This document shows, piece by piece, positions 24,485 to 37,342 of a stretch of DNA of 64,000 nt (position 1 is its first letter; every line of letters starts with the position of its first letter). The notes beneath the pieces are model-generated. The model had not been told where the DNA came from, searched no databases, and saw only the letters and a program-made list of their open reading frames with translations. Made by a program: the position numbers and the translations under genes. Where the stretch lies: NCBI GenBank assembly GCA_002633005.1, contig NMRA01001029.1, positions 1 to 64,000 on the forward strand. Reading direction: 5' to 3'. This DNA comes from Phoronis australis (lineage: Eukaryota > Animalia > Phoronida).

Positions 24485-25054
24485 TTGCAAAAGAATGGCT
24501 ATCCCCTAGAACTAGTCAATAGGGTACTGAAAGCAAGACTCCAACGTAACCCTGATGATGTTCATCCTGTAGACAAAACTAACTACAAGTACTTTAAAAT
24601 ACCCTATGTTGGGTTTTACGCCAAAATTGCTCAACGAAAACTCAACAAATTGGTGAATGATTACAGTGTGAACATAAGAGTTGTATTAACATTCAAGTCT
24701 CTAAAACTGTCGAGTTTATTTAACCCTAAGGACAAAATTTCTATGGGTCTACGGTCCAAGGTAGTATACAAATTTATCTGTGCTGGATGTGGCTCCAGTT
24801 ATATAAGCGAAACTGTTCGCCATTTGAAAACCAGGACCAAAGAACATCTAAATTCTGACAGTAATTCACATGTAAATATTCACCTGCAGAGCTCCAATCA
24901 TTGTTATCAGCAGTGCTCTTTCAATGACTTTGCAAAAATGGACCAGGCAGTAACAACAAAGGAGCTTAAAATTCGTGAGGCTTTACATATCAGTTGGTGC
25001 AAGCCCAATCTCAATAGGCAACTGACACACCACAGGTTGTCATTGTTGGTCTAG
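24485..25054 (+). pseudogene. Penelope ORF 3' fragment (RT-thumb/linker end plus GIY-YIG endonuclease)
   Basis: NGYP...IPYV...VVYKFICAGCGSSYISET...EH...REALHI...KPNLN. Truncated at the 5' end. Confidence 0.88.
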
Positions 25055-25134
25055 TTCATTGTCACTCCCTGTAACTGACTGTATCTGTGCTTCATTACTT
25101 GTTGCTGGGTCTAGCTAGGTGGCCACTGTATTAT

Positions 25135-25182
25135 GACTTCTGAGGATGGTGTTTAATAAATGACACCGAAACATGTCAAGTT
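25135..25182 (+). ncRNA. Minimal type I hammerhead ribozyme (Penelope pseudo-LTR), plus-strand copy
   Basis: ACTT-CTGAGGA-T-GGTGT(10-nt loop)ACACC-GAAA-CATG-TC-AAGT: CUGANGA and GAAA core, stem II GGTGT/ACACC, palindromic ACATGT stem III, GUC cleavage triplet, stem I ACTT/AAGT. Confidence 0.82.
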
Positions 25183-25309
25183 TTAAAACCGTTGCTGTTT
25201 TCTTGAATTATTCTAACTCATATTAAAATATTATGATCAGACTTCCATTTGCCAGGTGATCCCCTACAATGACACAAACAAAGAAGTCAACAATTTTTGA
25301 TAGTAATGG

Positions 25310-25423
25310 ACTGTAGCACAGCGTTCTTTGATAGTGGTTGACTGTAGCTCAGCGGTCCTTGATATTGTCTCACTATTGCATAGCGTTCTTTGACAGTGGT
25401 TCACTGTAGCTGATCGTTCTTTG
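25310..25423. repeat. 31-bp minisatellite, ~3.7 units
   Basis: GACTGTAGCACAGCGTTCTTTGATAGTGGTT-like units. Confidence 0.8.
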
Positions 25424-26119
25424 GTAAGGCACCAGTCCACCAGATGTCGCTGCGCTGTGTTGGCGCCCTCACTCTGTATACTTTCAATGGACGAAATCTG
25501 TGCTCTTCCACACAACGTTACGTCATTATTCACAAGCGACACCTGGCCCAATTATCTGGTGTTATTTCTGGCAAGTACGTCGTCTGCTAATCTTGGTCGG
25601 TTTTGTGTGGTCGACGGTCTCTGATCGAGTGGTAGTAGCATTGCTAAAAGTACTCACGATACCAACAATTCATCTATTTTAAGATTTTGAACAGCGTTTC
25701 AATGCCCGAGTTATTATTTTGTTTTCACTGTACTGGACAGTAAAATAGATGAGAGAATTTACCGTCGCAATACACTAACCGGAAAATGAACCAGATCATT
25801 TAGGACAGTGGCGCCGTCTCTAGGATAGTGCGGAAGAAAATGTCGGAGTTGCGAATTTGTTGTCTACAATATATGGTTGAAACAGGTTCCACCTTTTCTG
25901 CTCTCCACAATAAACGTGACATATTCGTCTTAAATGTAACTTCTTATTTACTGGCAGCGTTACGGACTTCACCCCCGATCACCAATGGGTATCTACACTT
26001 TCCCTAATCGAAAGAAGACGAGCCAGTTCAGGCTAAAACTGGTTCTGACACTACTCAAATTGTGATTCTTAGCACAATAGTTCACAGCAGAGCACCTAAA
26101 CAACGGCCATTAACAAAAA

Positions 26120-28445
26120 TCAGACTATTATTAATTTTGAAGCCGAGCGACAAAACTTAATTTACATATTATCCTTAGACAAGAACTTTGTGGACTTTCT
26201 TGTCGACGTCGCCTCAAGGGGATTTCATCGCTGGTAATAACGATATTCCCGAGGCCGAGAGAAGAACACATTGCCGCTCATAAATGTCAACATCTCGAGC
26301 TTATGCTTGGCCAGGTGGCAAATTACTGTCCAGTAATTTTCCGAAACACTATAGTGAAGAACTCCACATCACTCACCAACAGGCCATCCGACTCCATTAC
26401 GGCCTGCAGTCTACAGGTGCCCATTTCCTGGATTTCAACAATATTTGCCTAGAAGCCAGTGAAAAGCCAGAAGACCTGTATCAACTACTCGTCTCCTTCG
26501 TCCATTATAACTTGCTACAGGCCCATGGTTCTATTCGCCACCACTACGAAATAGTTAGTGATGAGAAACTCACCCACAATTGAGAAGACGATTATCCTAA
26601 CCTGGTTGCGACTCCTCCACCCTGAACTCCCAAATCTGGTCTAACAACGATACTGTACCGAACTCCTTTCATGTACTTAAGACTTAAACCATAAATCTCT
26701 CAAAATTTCTCGCCCCTGCTCAATGACATCCAGCAAATAGCATATACCAAAATACTACGTAACAATGGAAAACTTGAGTCTAGGCGTCCTAATTTCCAAC
26801 GATCCAAACGCACAACTTTCACCAAGCCATCATGACCTCAGCGTGTGCAAGCTGGTCGTACAGCCACCCAACATTTCCTCAGCAAGTACCCATTCCTTCC
26901 GGCACGAGATCGTTTGTTCATGAGTAAAGCTCGTCAACTCATGTGTTCAGAAGACCCAGATTCAGAACAAGGCCCAATCGTAGATGACGATGATATGTGC
27001 TCTAGTTTCCGAGTGTCATCCTATCGAGTTCGTGTGAACAAATCACCTACTTCCAAGGTATTCTGCAGTCATCTCCCCGTCATTCTCACCATTGATACGG
27101 GCGCTGAGACTATAGATTATTGCTTCCATCGCTCGGTCCATCGACGCTGCCGTTAAACCCAGTACCCAGTGTGCTTTTCAAGCAGATGACAAAACTCCAC
27201 TGTCTGTGGTTTGAGGAACAAGCATCTCATTACCCGGAATGACCATGAACTATTCTTGAGGCTCTAGTTGTCATAGATCTGGACGTCGACGTCTTTTTGG
27301 CCGGTAGATCATTTATGACGCCTAACGACATTGCTGTTCGACCCATCAAGCGTCAAATCACGATCAGGGAATCTACATATGGCTGTGGGATGAAGACCGC
27401 CATAAGCCCTCACCATGTTAGCCTAACGCAGTCACATCTGTTACGATCTCCCAGACACTCCACTGTCTTGTGGCCAAGAGATGTTTTAGAAGTCACAGTC
27501 CCACCAGATCTTGATCCTGGTGGATTTCTTGCCATCGAGCCACGACTTGATACCGGCATCCACTCCAGTACGCCATGGCCCCGACCCACCGCCGTCATCC
27601 TGACCTTTTGCTCCCACGTGCAACCCGTCAGCGATTTTGCGATGTCATGGCCGAGTGCAACCAAGTGTTCAACCCCAATATTCCTGGCTACAATGGATCA
27701 GCCGACCCATTTAATGCTGTGGTAAATATGGGTCCTCTCCAACCTCCCCTGCGAAAAAGTCGGGTTCCGCAGTATTCTCGTGACAAGCTTGTTGAGTTGC
27801 AAACCAAGAGAAGGAAGGTATATTTCGCTGCCCGGAAGATCGTGGCATTACGGTCGGATAAGGTGGTTTCCGTTAAGTCATTGCCTTTGCAGATGTTGGA
27901 CGTTACTGCAAGCCACAACCTTCGTTAAAACCTGATGTTGATTCCTCGCTCCTCACCATTGCACGTTGGAAATGCTTCATTGTCACAGATCTCACCAACA
28001 CCTTCTACCAGATACCACTAGACCGTTCCTCTATGAAATACTGTGGCGTTTGCACTCCATTCAAAGGTGTTTGTGTGTACACCCGCACTGGAATGGGTAT
28101 GGCCGGCTCCAAAACTGCACTCGAAGAGCTCATGTGCCACGTCCTTGGAGACTTTCTTCAAGAAAGTAAAGTCGCGAAGCTGGCTGACAATTTGTGTTGC
28201 GGCGCAAATACACCTAATGCACTTCTTGCACTGTGGACCCGTGTACTCCAGGCTCTAGACAGTTGCAATCTTCATCTCTCGCCGACCAAGACCGTTATCT
28301 TCCCGAAGTCTACCTTTGTTTTAGGGTAGATTTTGTCCTATGGTCATATCTCTGCTAGTCCTCATCAAATAGCCACTCTCGTCCTGCCCTAGACCTGTTA
28401 ACGTTCGTGCCGTACGTTCCTTTATTAGCGCCTACAAGAACTGGT
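26120..28445 (+). mobile_element. Decayed Gypsy/Ty3-type LTR retrotransposon internal region (gag, protease, RT)
   Basis: Gag-like [19 protein letters not shown]...EKPEDLYQ; protease LTIDTGAET; [14 protein letters not shown] / [12 protein letters not shown]...[11 protein letters not shown]...KLADN. Many stops and frameshifts; no LTRs recognised. Confidence 0.85.
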
Positions 28446-29940
28446 CTGATTTCTTAGTGTGCTGATGACTAGGGTAGAAGGTGTCAGCGCAATTAGTGAA
28501 AACTTCAAGCGACCTCTATTGGACAAGATATACGCCATGCCGTCACTGACGGAAAGTGGAAATTACAGCAGTATTTCTTTGTGTGATCATCACACGTTTG
28601 TTCCGAAACGAGCACCTTACTTCGATATTGCACCAACTAGGTCACTCAGAGAGATACGACTTCGGGTTAAAGTTAGAAACCGCTTTCGCGAAAGTTATGG
28701 ATTATGTATCAGATCATCGTGGACCTCAAATTATGACAGGTAAGGGTAACAGTGTATTCCATTGCAAGTGGGACAATTCGAATGAAACAACCACAAATGT
28801 ACATGGCAGCAACGATAGTCAAGAGTGCTGGAGGAACTGTCATTCAAAAGGTCAAGCCTGGTTTTGAAAGCTTCAACAACAGGACAATGCCAGTCATTAA
28901 CAGCTCGCAACAACGCAGTCTCCAAATAGAAGCTTCTGAAATTCCACGTCGTTTCGTTCGTATTGGACCAACATTTCCTGATGATGCATCGCTTTCGTCC
29001 CCGGGAGAAAATACTGATATGTTTGAGGACAATATACACGAATATTATATATGGCTCCTCGTCTGGTACACCAGAAGCAACAGTAAATAACCTGTCCCGG
29101 GACTAGGTGGATTCACTTCTGTAACTGGGCTTGCTTCTCTACAAATCAGCTAACTATGTGAACCTATTACTGACAACGCAGTAGTGTATGAGCTCCTGAA
29201 AAGCTTGGAAGCCATTACAGTAGAAGCGGACCAGAAATGAGTTTTGAATACATCTGACCTGGGAGTCTGCATCAAAGCCCACCCTGTGATCTCGTGAGAA
29301 TCAGGGGAACTTTTAAACCACGTTATGACAATTAGGCCTTTTCACACTTCGATGGAAGTCATTGGAATTCTAGCAGGTCAAAAGATGCGCGGTGCTGTAT
29401 ACGCAGAGAAGGTATTTGAGGCCCAGTTGGTAACATCAGGAAATGTGAAGCCCCTGAAAAAGCTAGAAAAGAATCCGAAGATTCATAATACATTCATGCA
29501 CTATGTGTTGAAAGAGTTGGAAGAATTCACCTGCCTCATGTAATGTCAGAGTCACCGTTAGGTGCTACTCGTGCCAAGGTGTTGCACAAAATAATTGGTG
29601 AAGATGAAATTCCACTTATAGAGCAAGATTGACATTGCTCTACTTCCATCGTGTCTGTTTGCAATGAAATCACACATCCAACAAGTAAATCATCGATTCG
29701 CTTTATACAAATATGCTTGTAAGTCCATACTTGAACAGGCAAAACCTTATGACGAATGACAAGGGTGGATGTGGAGCGATGAAGGAGTGTTAGGACCAGT
29801 TTAGTCAGGTGGTCTCATCTTACCAAACTCACTGATTGACCTCCTGTTCACCGATGAATGTGAAGAAGACGGAGAGGAAACAAAGTGGTTCTGAATAGTC
29901 TATTTCTAAGCCATTTAATAGCTCCTCAGAACGGTATCAG
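28445..29940 (+). pseudogene. Academ transposase central fragment
   Basis: ILHQLGHSERYDFGLKLETA...PQIMTGKGNSVFHCKWDN...NVHGSN / AGGTVIQ; TSDLGVCIKA; PFHTSMEVIGILAGQKMRG...EAQLVTSG. Confidence 0.65.
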
Positions 29941-29999
29941 CCGGGGATTTTCGTACCCGTTCCGTTTTAGTTTCTCAACATAAATCAACCGCAACGAAG

Positions 30000-31423
30000 A
30001 GAACTTGGTGACCTCGTTCTCCTGTACGATATGACTTTAAATATGATCGTTAACAAACAGTAATGCATCTTCATGGACATCGGATTTTCTTGTTTACTCA
30101 GTATTGTGTACTCTCTTAGCTCTGAAATCCTCACGCTCAAACTTTTTGAACGCAGTCTGATTTGAGACAAGATGGATGCTGGTTTGCCTCACAAGCAAAC
30201 AGGTCATTGCATTTCTGTTGTCGAAAAAGCCCTCAAGTAAGACCCATCTTTTCGGCCTATGATTCAATTAGCCTCCATACACTGAGTTTGTTTTTATACC
30301 ACGGAAAATATATTGCACGGTTGGTTTCACGGTTGCCATCCTTGGATTCAGTTTTCTTGCCAAAAATTAGCCTTTGGTGCTTGAAATTGACAGTTTACGG
30401 GACGAATGGTACACTTTGGAGCTTGGTGCCTTAGATTCTTTACTCTCCTAAGCGGTGAAGGTTGTCAGTGAAAAGTTGATTGCAGTTTCTGTGTTAACGC
30501 ATTTTCTCCAAATGATTTGGGAGAACAGAAGTAATCTGATCATTCACGGACTGTGTAGTATGTGGAGAATCACATGGTTTTAGAGATGTATTTCCCGAAT
30601 TCCATGATGAAGCTGCTGTAGTATTTCACTTGTTGTTCCTCTGGCATTGGTTATGGCTGTAAAATTTTCGTGTTCAGTTATAGAATCTAAATGAAGAATG
30701 CATAATTATGGGTAGAGACTGTTCTTTGGCTTCAGTAGATACGCTTGGACATCGCTTTCTTTTAGGCATGATTATTACATCTGCCTCCACAGCTATCACA
30801 ATTTGGAATGTCTCTCATCCCTGCCCTAGCATTGCATTCACACTGATAGACATGAACGTCAACAGCTCATATGTATATTTTGATGTTAGCTTGTATCCAA
30901 CGTGTGTTTTACTGTAAAGGTTGATGGACAGCTATAATGTGTCACCACACAACTTTGTCTTAGAAACATTGTTTTACTTCTTGAACCTAAAATATTTAGT
31001 TAGACTGCATATGCTACAAACTTTAAGCACGAAGTCGCAGTATATTTTCATTCATGCCATCAACACCAAAGTCCCGAATTCGGATAAAAATATTTGACTT
31101 TCGAGCGCCACGCACTGGTTCTATGTGTTAAGTGTTTTGTACCTGTATCATGTATAAGATAGCTTTTATCGTTTACATGTAGTTCTAATGTAGTTAATGT
31201 TTGACCCAAAAAAAAAACATACGTATAGACACATTTTTTCAGTCAGCAAGAAATTGCATAATAACGTAGATCAGTAAGGGCGGCACTAATTTGCATAAAA
31301 AACTTGCGTAGGCCATTTTTTCGACTGGTTAACATTTTTCCGTTTTCACACATGTTTTCGTTCACAAAAATTCATCGTAGAAGTTGATGTGTGCGGATGG
31401 CACGGGGGCTATATTTTCGACTA
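30000..31423 (-). mobile_element. Probable Academ 5' terminus and N-terminal coding remnant
   Basis: Minus strand begins TAGTCGAAAATATAGCCCCC at 31423. Remnant DLFACEANQHPSCLK at ~30160-30206. Confidence 0.45.
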
Positions 31424-31552
31424 GACTACAAGGTTGTATGAGAAACACTCGGACAAAAACAAGGACAAAGAGTTCTACACGACGAAGCACGTGAGTATAA
31501 CTTGACTTCTCCGTTACTAGTACAAAGTGATCATGCGATGAAAGTACATTAC

Positions 31553-31680
31553 CAGTTTGTCTAGATCTGGCTTCAGCTTTGCAAGGTAAGGTTCTCGCTG
31601 TTTTTGCTTTGCCTCGTCGTCTCTTTGTGTTTGTTCCGCTTGATAACGTTCCAGGGCCTCAGTGCAATGTTGGTACCACT
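31553..31680 (-). CDS. Coding exon 4 (helical/coiled linker)
   Basis: Acceptor GATGTTTTAG|AG and donor CTG|GTAATG. Reads (K)WYQHCTEALERYQAEQTQRDDEAKQKQREPYLAKLKPDLDKL. Confidence 0.9.
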
Positions 31681-33924
31681 CTAAAACATCGTGAACACTT
31701 TTCCAAGTATGCCTTCGACAATGGGAAATTAACCGAGAGTTTCCGCAGATAAGCCCATGGTCGTGTATTCGGAAAATTAAAAATTTCAGGCGTTTCAGTA
31801 ACGCACAAAAAGGGAGGCGTGTAAACAGAAAGTCATAGTTTTGGCTACGCAAAAGCCAGCATCAAGCGCGATATGTATTTTTGTAAGTGAAATAGCCCTT
31901 CTAGGTGGATTGATAGTCCTTAAAAGGACTGTTGTGAATACGTTGATACATGTCAACAACGTTAATTGTGTAACAGCCTATCAACATCTGCCCAGTGGGA
32001 CAAGAAAATTAATGTGCACGACACTTCCAAACCTCCTTGTGGGCTTTTAAGAGAAAATTTTCCGAATGAACGCCAGAAGTTGAAACACCAAATAAACGCC
32101 CACGGACGTTTCATCGGGTGGTCTTATCTACGGAAAATCCCAGTAAGACGACACACACCAGAATCGTACTTTAGAGCCTAGAACACAAGTTAGGTGTCAT
32201 TTAGATCTCATTCTACCACTGGGAGACAATCTGCATACGGCTGCACAGTGTCTGAGCTTTGTCACATATCGGGCGACTCAACACGAGCTCGGCTGATCCT
32301 ACCGATTGACTTCTGTCCCGATACCTTAGCACAATCAATTAATTTTCATGCGCGAACCCAACCTAAAAATGGGGGGCTCGAAGTTTTGAGGATGTGGACC
32401 TTTTACTACGATTCACGAGGTACGCTCAAAGCTGTGAATTGTGCATTCGTCGAATTTTGGTAGTTCCTGACTTTTTAGTGGACTTTTGTCTCGTTTTCTA
32501 CTTTTTCTGAGTTTTTGTTTCTCTGAGGTGGACCTTTTTGCCAACTTCGCCAAATGAGTTGCATAAAGTTTCTGACGCTGAAAATTTTCCGGAAGAAAAC
32601 TTTTAATATCGGTCGACAGTCGGGCGATTATACGCGACAGCGTCAAAAATTATCCATAGGTGCACCATCAACCAAAGTTAAAATAAGTTTGTCGCCCGGG
32701 CGATTTTTAATTACATCGGCAGATCATAGGGCAATGTTGTTTGAAATCGGCCGGCAGTCGGCCGATGATCTGTAGATTGCTGACCAAATTCAATTAGTTG
32801 AGCGATGTCAATGTCTTGCGAATCTCTGTGAGATGCATCGACGTCGAGTAGCATTAATTTTATATCGTTTAACTGCGACCGCTACTACTGACATTGAAAA
32901 AATGAACTACATGCCTCCACGACATAGGTGCTAACACTATAGACGTGTACAACCCTACGTTTTAAGTGGTCTGATCCTCCAGCAAGTAGCTGCGTAGTGG
33001 ATTGTCCTTCAGCGCCAGTCTATGCATGGCTGTCGCGGCTGGGTCGCTGTGGTGTTCGTGTGTGAGTGTTTATTGCATCGCGGGAGCAGTCAACTTTCCG
33101 TTCAACTTCAGTAGTAGGAATAAAGTATTCTGTCGTGATTTGTCCACCCAATTGTGTAAGCTACATTCATCGCCGACTTCAAAGATTACGTTCTCTCGAG
33201 AAGTGGTGTGGAGAAAGTTTTGTTATTTTTACCTGGGCGTTCAGGTCTCCCAAATTACTCTGAAGGCCTTGTGTATATTTCTCTCTGTCTCCATAACGTT
33301 CATGGAGAAGTAACCACATCGTTATATTCGTGTTATTGGTATGTCCGGACCATAGACATCTTACTATGTGATGTCTATGGTCCGCTAATGCCACATGTTT
33401 TAATACATACAGATTATTACATGACGAAGTCGTTATCCCCCGTTATCTAGAGCCCGAGTGGATTTTGGAGAATTATCGCCCGAGGGGTCGTGACCTTTTA
33501 AGAAAAGTTGAGCTTTTTGGCAAATAATGCTTTTACTCAAAACCAATTCAAAATTTAAACAAACAAGAAATAAAATGGATCTATAAATTAAGGCTTAGCA
33601 ACTATTATAGCTTACTACACATTTTATCACACTAAGCTTCGACTGGGAAACTATCGTCTGCTAAAGTAGGTTACCACTGGTAACTGAGTATAATTCTCAA
33701 GTCAAAAGATCCCGACGACACAATACTGCATTCAAATGGGAGATCGGTGATTTACAAGTGAGAGAACGCGAGAGAAAAAAATCACTGAATTTAAATATCG
33801 TTTTTATGGAAATTATGTGTCTTATTTTTCATGTCGTATAAATGTCGGTACAATGCCCTTTGCTGAACATGCGATTGTTGCGCGTGCTCATTTAAGTATT
33901 CTATTTTCATGTTCGATGACGTCA

Positions 33925-34000
33925 GCCGCTGAGTGGTTTAGTGGTAAAGTTGGCTACTCCAAACTCTTTGAGTCCCGGGTTCGAAACCTCGGTTTCCCGC
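33925..34000 (+). other. tRNA-derived (Pol III A/B box) sequence, not a functional tRNA
   Basis: TGGTTTAGTGG (33934-33944) and GGTTCGAAACC (33978-33988). No complete cloverleaf. Confidence 0.5.
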
Positions 34001-34192
34001 CAAAATGTTATCTCACTAGTGAGATAACTAAATGGTTTATTACACGGTCGTATTTGCCATTCGACGCTAATATTATGGTATAAACATTCTTATACGCGAG
34101 GGTTCATTCTTGGCTAAAACGCTAGCGTTTTCGCAAGCAACAAAAGCGCCAGTAATGCGAACCGTCGCAAGGGTCATATTTGCTGGCGCTTT

Positions 34193-37100
34193 TAGGCGGT
34201 GGGCCAGAATTTATAGGCCTTCTAGAAAATAGTTTTTGTGAGTACTTTAGGGGGGCAATTTTATTTTGGTGTTTTTTAATTCATTTACAAGAGTGTTTTC
34301 AAAATCTAAAAATTTCCCACATATAAAGTTGCACATTTTTGAGAAAATTGAGTTTGAAGTTGAATAATAACCACCATTGAGCTTAGAGAACTTATATTTG
34401 TAAAAACAACAGTTTTTGCTATCTTTTTTGTAAAACAAGTAATATGTTCCCATCCATGTCATTGTATTGAACAATAATACACTCATATTACATGATTTAC
34501 TATTGTAGACTAATTTTAAACAGTGAAATTTAAAAAATGTTAAGTGACACCTAGTGGCAGAAATTGTAAGGCAACAAAAATAACACAAAGCACTTGAGAC
34601 TGGGCAAAATTTGTGCCTCAATGACTGAACCATTGACTAGTGGTGTAAAATATAGCTTGTTTGCATAATACACCAGAAATACGTTATAGTAGAAAAACAA
34701 TACAGTTGAATGGTCTCTGTGAATGTGCACACAGACTGAATGAAAGTTATAGATTATTCTGACAGCGCTTAGCAAGCAGTATGAGACAAATACATGATAA
34801 TGATCAAAGTATGTAATTTCTATGACTTAATCAACAAATAAAATTCACTTTTTAATACAAAAAACACGAAATAATGGGGTTGGAGGTCTATTTAGGGTTG
34901 ACTTGTCAAAGAACTATCCAATGTTATGAAATCAGTGTTGCTGATGTTACTACAGTTGTCACAGCTGCACGTTTCTGTACAGTTTGACCAGCATTGCAGC
35001 ACAAACTCAGTTTCCCAGCACAAATGTTCTTTTTGCACTTGCAGCGTTCATCATTTAGTACTGTCAATGGAGCTGCGGGCGTTGCCATACATTATAACTA
35101 CAAAGCTCTACCGCCAATGAGCCAACTATGGTCGATTAGAGAGGGTACAGCACTGCACACTGGTGATTGGCCCAAAGGCAATGAAGGGTCAAACACAGTC
35201 CTTGTTTGGAGGCGGGCAGGATTTGGGCAAACGTTTGATTCAAAATATGTTATAATGGGCTGTGTTAATTAGAGTCAGCAAGTGAATTATTGAACAGTAG
35301 CCTCAATTCACTTTCATATCTCCTAGTCGGGCACAAACTACAACAGTGAGTAGCTTCAACAGTCATTTCTCAAGATTTCCTGTCCAAATAACTTCATACA
35401 CACCACTAGCTTCAAAGTCTTGCTTTAGTTTTGAAAGGCAAATGACATCTCCATGTGTTAGAAGCTTTGGCTCAGTGAACTCTAAACAAAACTGTAGAAA
35501 AACATCTCTTAAAACTGTGGATTCGTCACTCTTCACAATCTTTGTCTTTGTATTTTTTATAGCATGATGATCTGTGGTACTTGGCTTCTAAGTCACAAGG
35601 TCTTTATCTTTGAATTTCATTTGCATATTCAAGGCTCTGGACTGAGCTGTTGCTTACGATACAAGTCCCACTGAAAAAACCTGAACTGTTAACACTAATT
35701 TAACATTTAACTATGAGTGAGTTGGCATCCAAATTTTTCAGACGGACTTATCAGTAACTGATCAACCACCAGCCTAAAAAAACTACATGCCGTCTGATCT
35801 GTCACCTAAAACTGTTGATCGTCTAAGAATTAGATTAGTTGATGCAACTGAAAATAAATCAGCTGATATACCAGTGCAGTGATTGAAAATTATTTTCTTT
35901 TATCAGATGCTCAAACCATAGTCACTCGATTTATACTTAAGGTAAACAACGTTTGACGAAATGGACAGTGGCTTCCATCGTCCTCAAATTACTATGGGGA
36001 CGCTGGCCACTTAGGCACTTTAATTTAATTACCATTGCAGCTTCCTAAGTAGTTAATGTTTACAAAAAATTGAGAAGAGGTTCACCCTATCCCACGATTA
36101 CGGCAAGGGATTACGACCACTTGGGCATGTTGATTGCAACCATCTACTCCATTTAAATTTCTCAATTTTTTTTTACTTAAAGTGCTTAAAATCACACCCA
36201 CAGTGTAACGCCATATGATGATCCCCTGGCGCAAGCAGTGTCGATGTGGCAACTGAACAAGAGAGTGTTCAAAAACAGGATTGCAGGAGTATTTGTTTAA
36301 ACTGGGAACAAATGAAAAAATTAACGGCCTCCTCAGAGGCATCTCTCTACGCGGTACTTCGAAACTTATAGCAACATGACTTATGGTTTAACCAGTGTGA
36401 TGCATAATTTGCCAAAATGCATCCGGCATATGGAGTACCTATGGTATGATCACCGTCTCTACTGGGTCAACGGTATTGTCTAAGGCCTATAGGCAGCCAA
36501 GGGGCTGAACAACTTAAAAAACAACTGGTGATAATACTGAAACACACATGGAAAACACCAAGATGTACCTTTCAAAAACACGTACCTGTTTATCAAAGCT
36601 AGAAAGTTGTTACTTCTTTCGCTTTCTTGAAATGTGCTCCATAATATACTTTTCCTGCTGACAAATGATGCACTCATGTTTCAGAATGTTCCTATCTTGT
36701 TCAGGTTAATTGGGTGTTTCAGATTTTGGAAGTCTAATTGATTTTCTTGGGAAAGTTTGGGTAACATCTGTATCACTTTCAGCAGCTTCAGCTTTAGTAC
36801 TACTGCTGGTGTGCTGAGACGTTGCTATGCCTTTTGTATGTCCTATTAATTTTTGGTCTGACCCTTGGTCTTCTACAGCAGTATAGGCTATATAGCAGGA
36901 CATGCAGCTGTTTTCGGCACAAATGTTTGTGACACCTCTTCTTCTTTTTGATCTACTGATCTACCGAGTTCCACAGTCCATCAGATTTCATCAGGATGCT
37001 TCTCTAATCTTCTTCGGGTTCTGGCATCACAATTTTGTGCTGTTTGATAAACCTTGAATTATACAGGCATCACACTCCATGGGAACAGCCATATTGAAGT

Positions 37101-37342
37101 AACCAAGCACAACAATACAATCTGGCTCTCTGATTGGTCAATTCAATAGAAAAGCGCCACCAGGTGGCAGGAATGTGCATAATATTTCGTGCAACAAAAA
37201 CACCTTTTTTCAAAAAAAATGTGCAAATGTAGACGTGGGAACTTTTTGGAATTTGATTTATAGGTATATTATCTAGAAAAAATTAGGTTGCCCCCCAAAG
37301 TACTCTCAAAGATGAACGCTATGAGATCCGGCCCACCGACTA
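34193..37342 (-). mobile_element. Academ-like DNA transposon, internally deleted, 3-bp TSD TTT
   Basis: TTT|TAGGCGGTGGGCCAGA ... TCCGGCCCACCGACTA|TTT, with a second inverted block GAGTACTTT(A)GGGGGGCAA. Minus-strand remnants include ECIICQQEKY...RKRKK. Confidence 0.72.

Larger units (their letters stand above)
23903..25208. mobile_element. Penelope-like retroelement: 5'-truncated copy plus inverted pseudo-LTR
   Basis: 568-bp inverted arms (23903-24470 and 24641-25208) around a 170-bp spacer. GIY-YIG endonuclease motif VVYKFICAGCGSSY(L/I)(G/S)ETVRHLKTRTKEH...EAL.I...KPNLN in both arms. Confidence 0.92.

Noticed and set aside
32225-32780. Harbinger-like MITE rich in TCGG/CCGA motifs
   Set aside because: No matching TIR pair or TSD could be defined by eye.
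33925-34000. tRNA gene
   Set aside because: A and B boxes are present, but acceptor and anticodon stems do not pair. Treated as a tRNA-derived relic.
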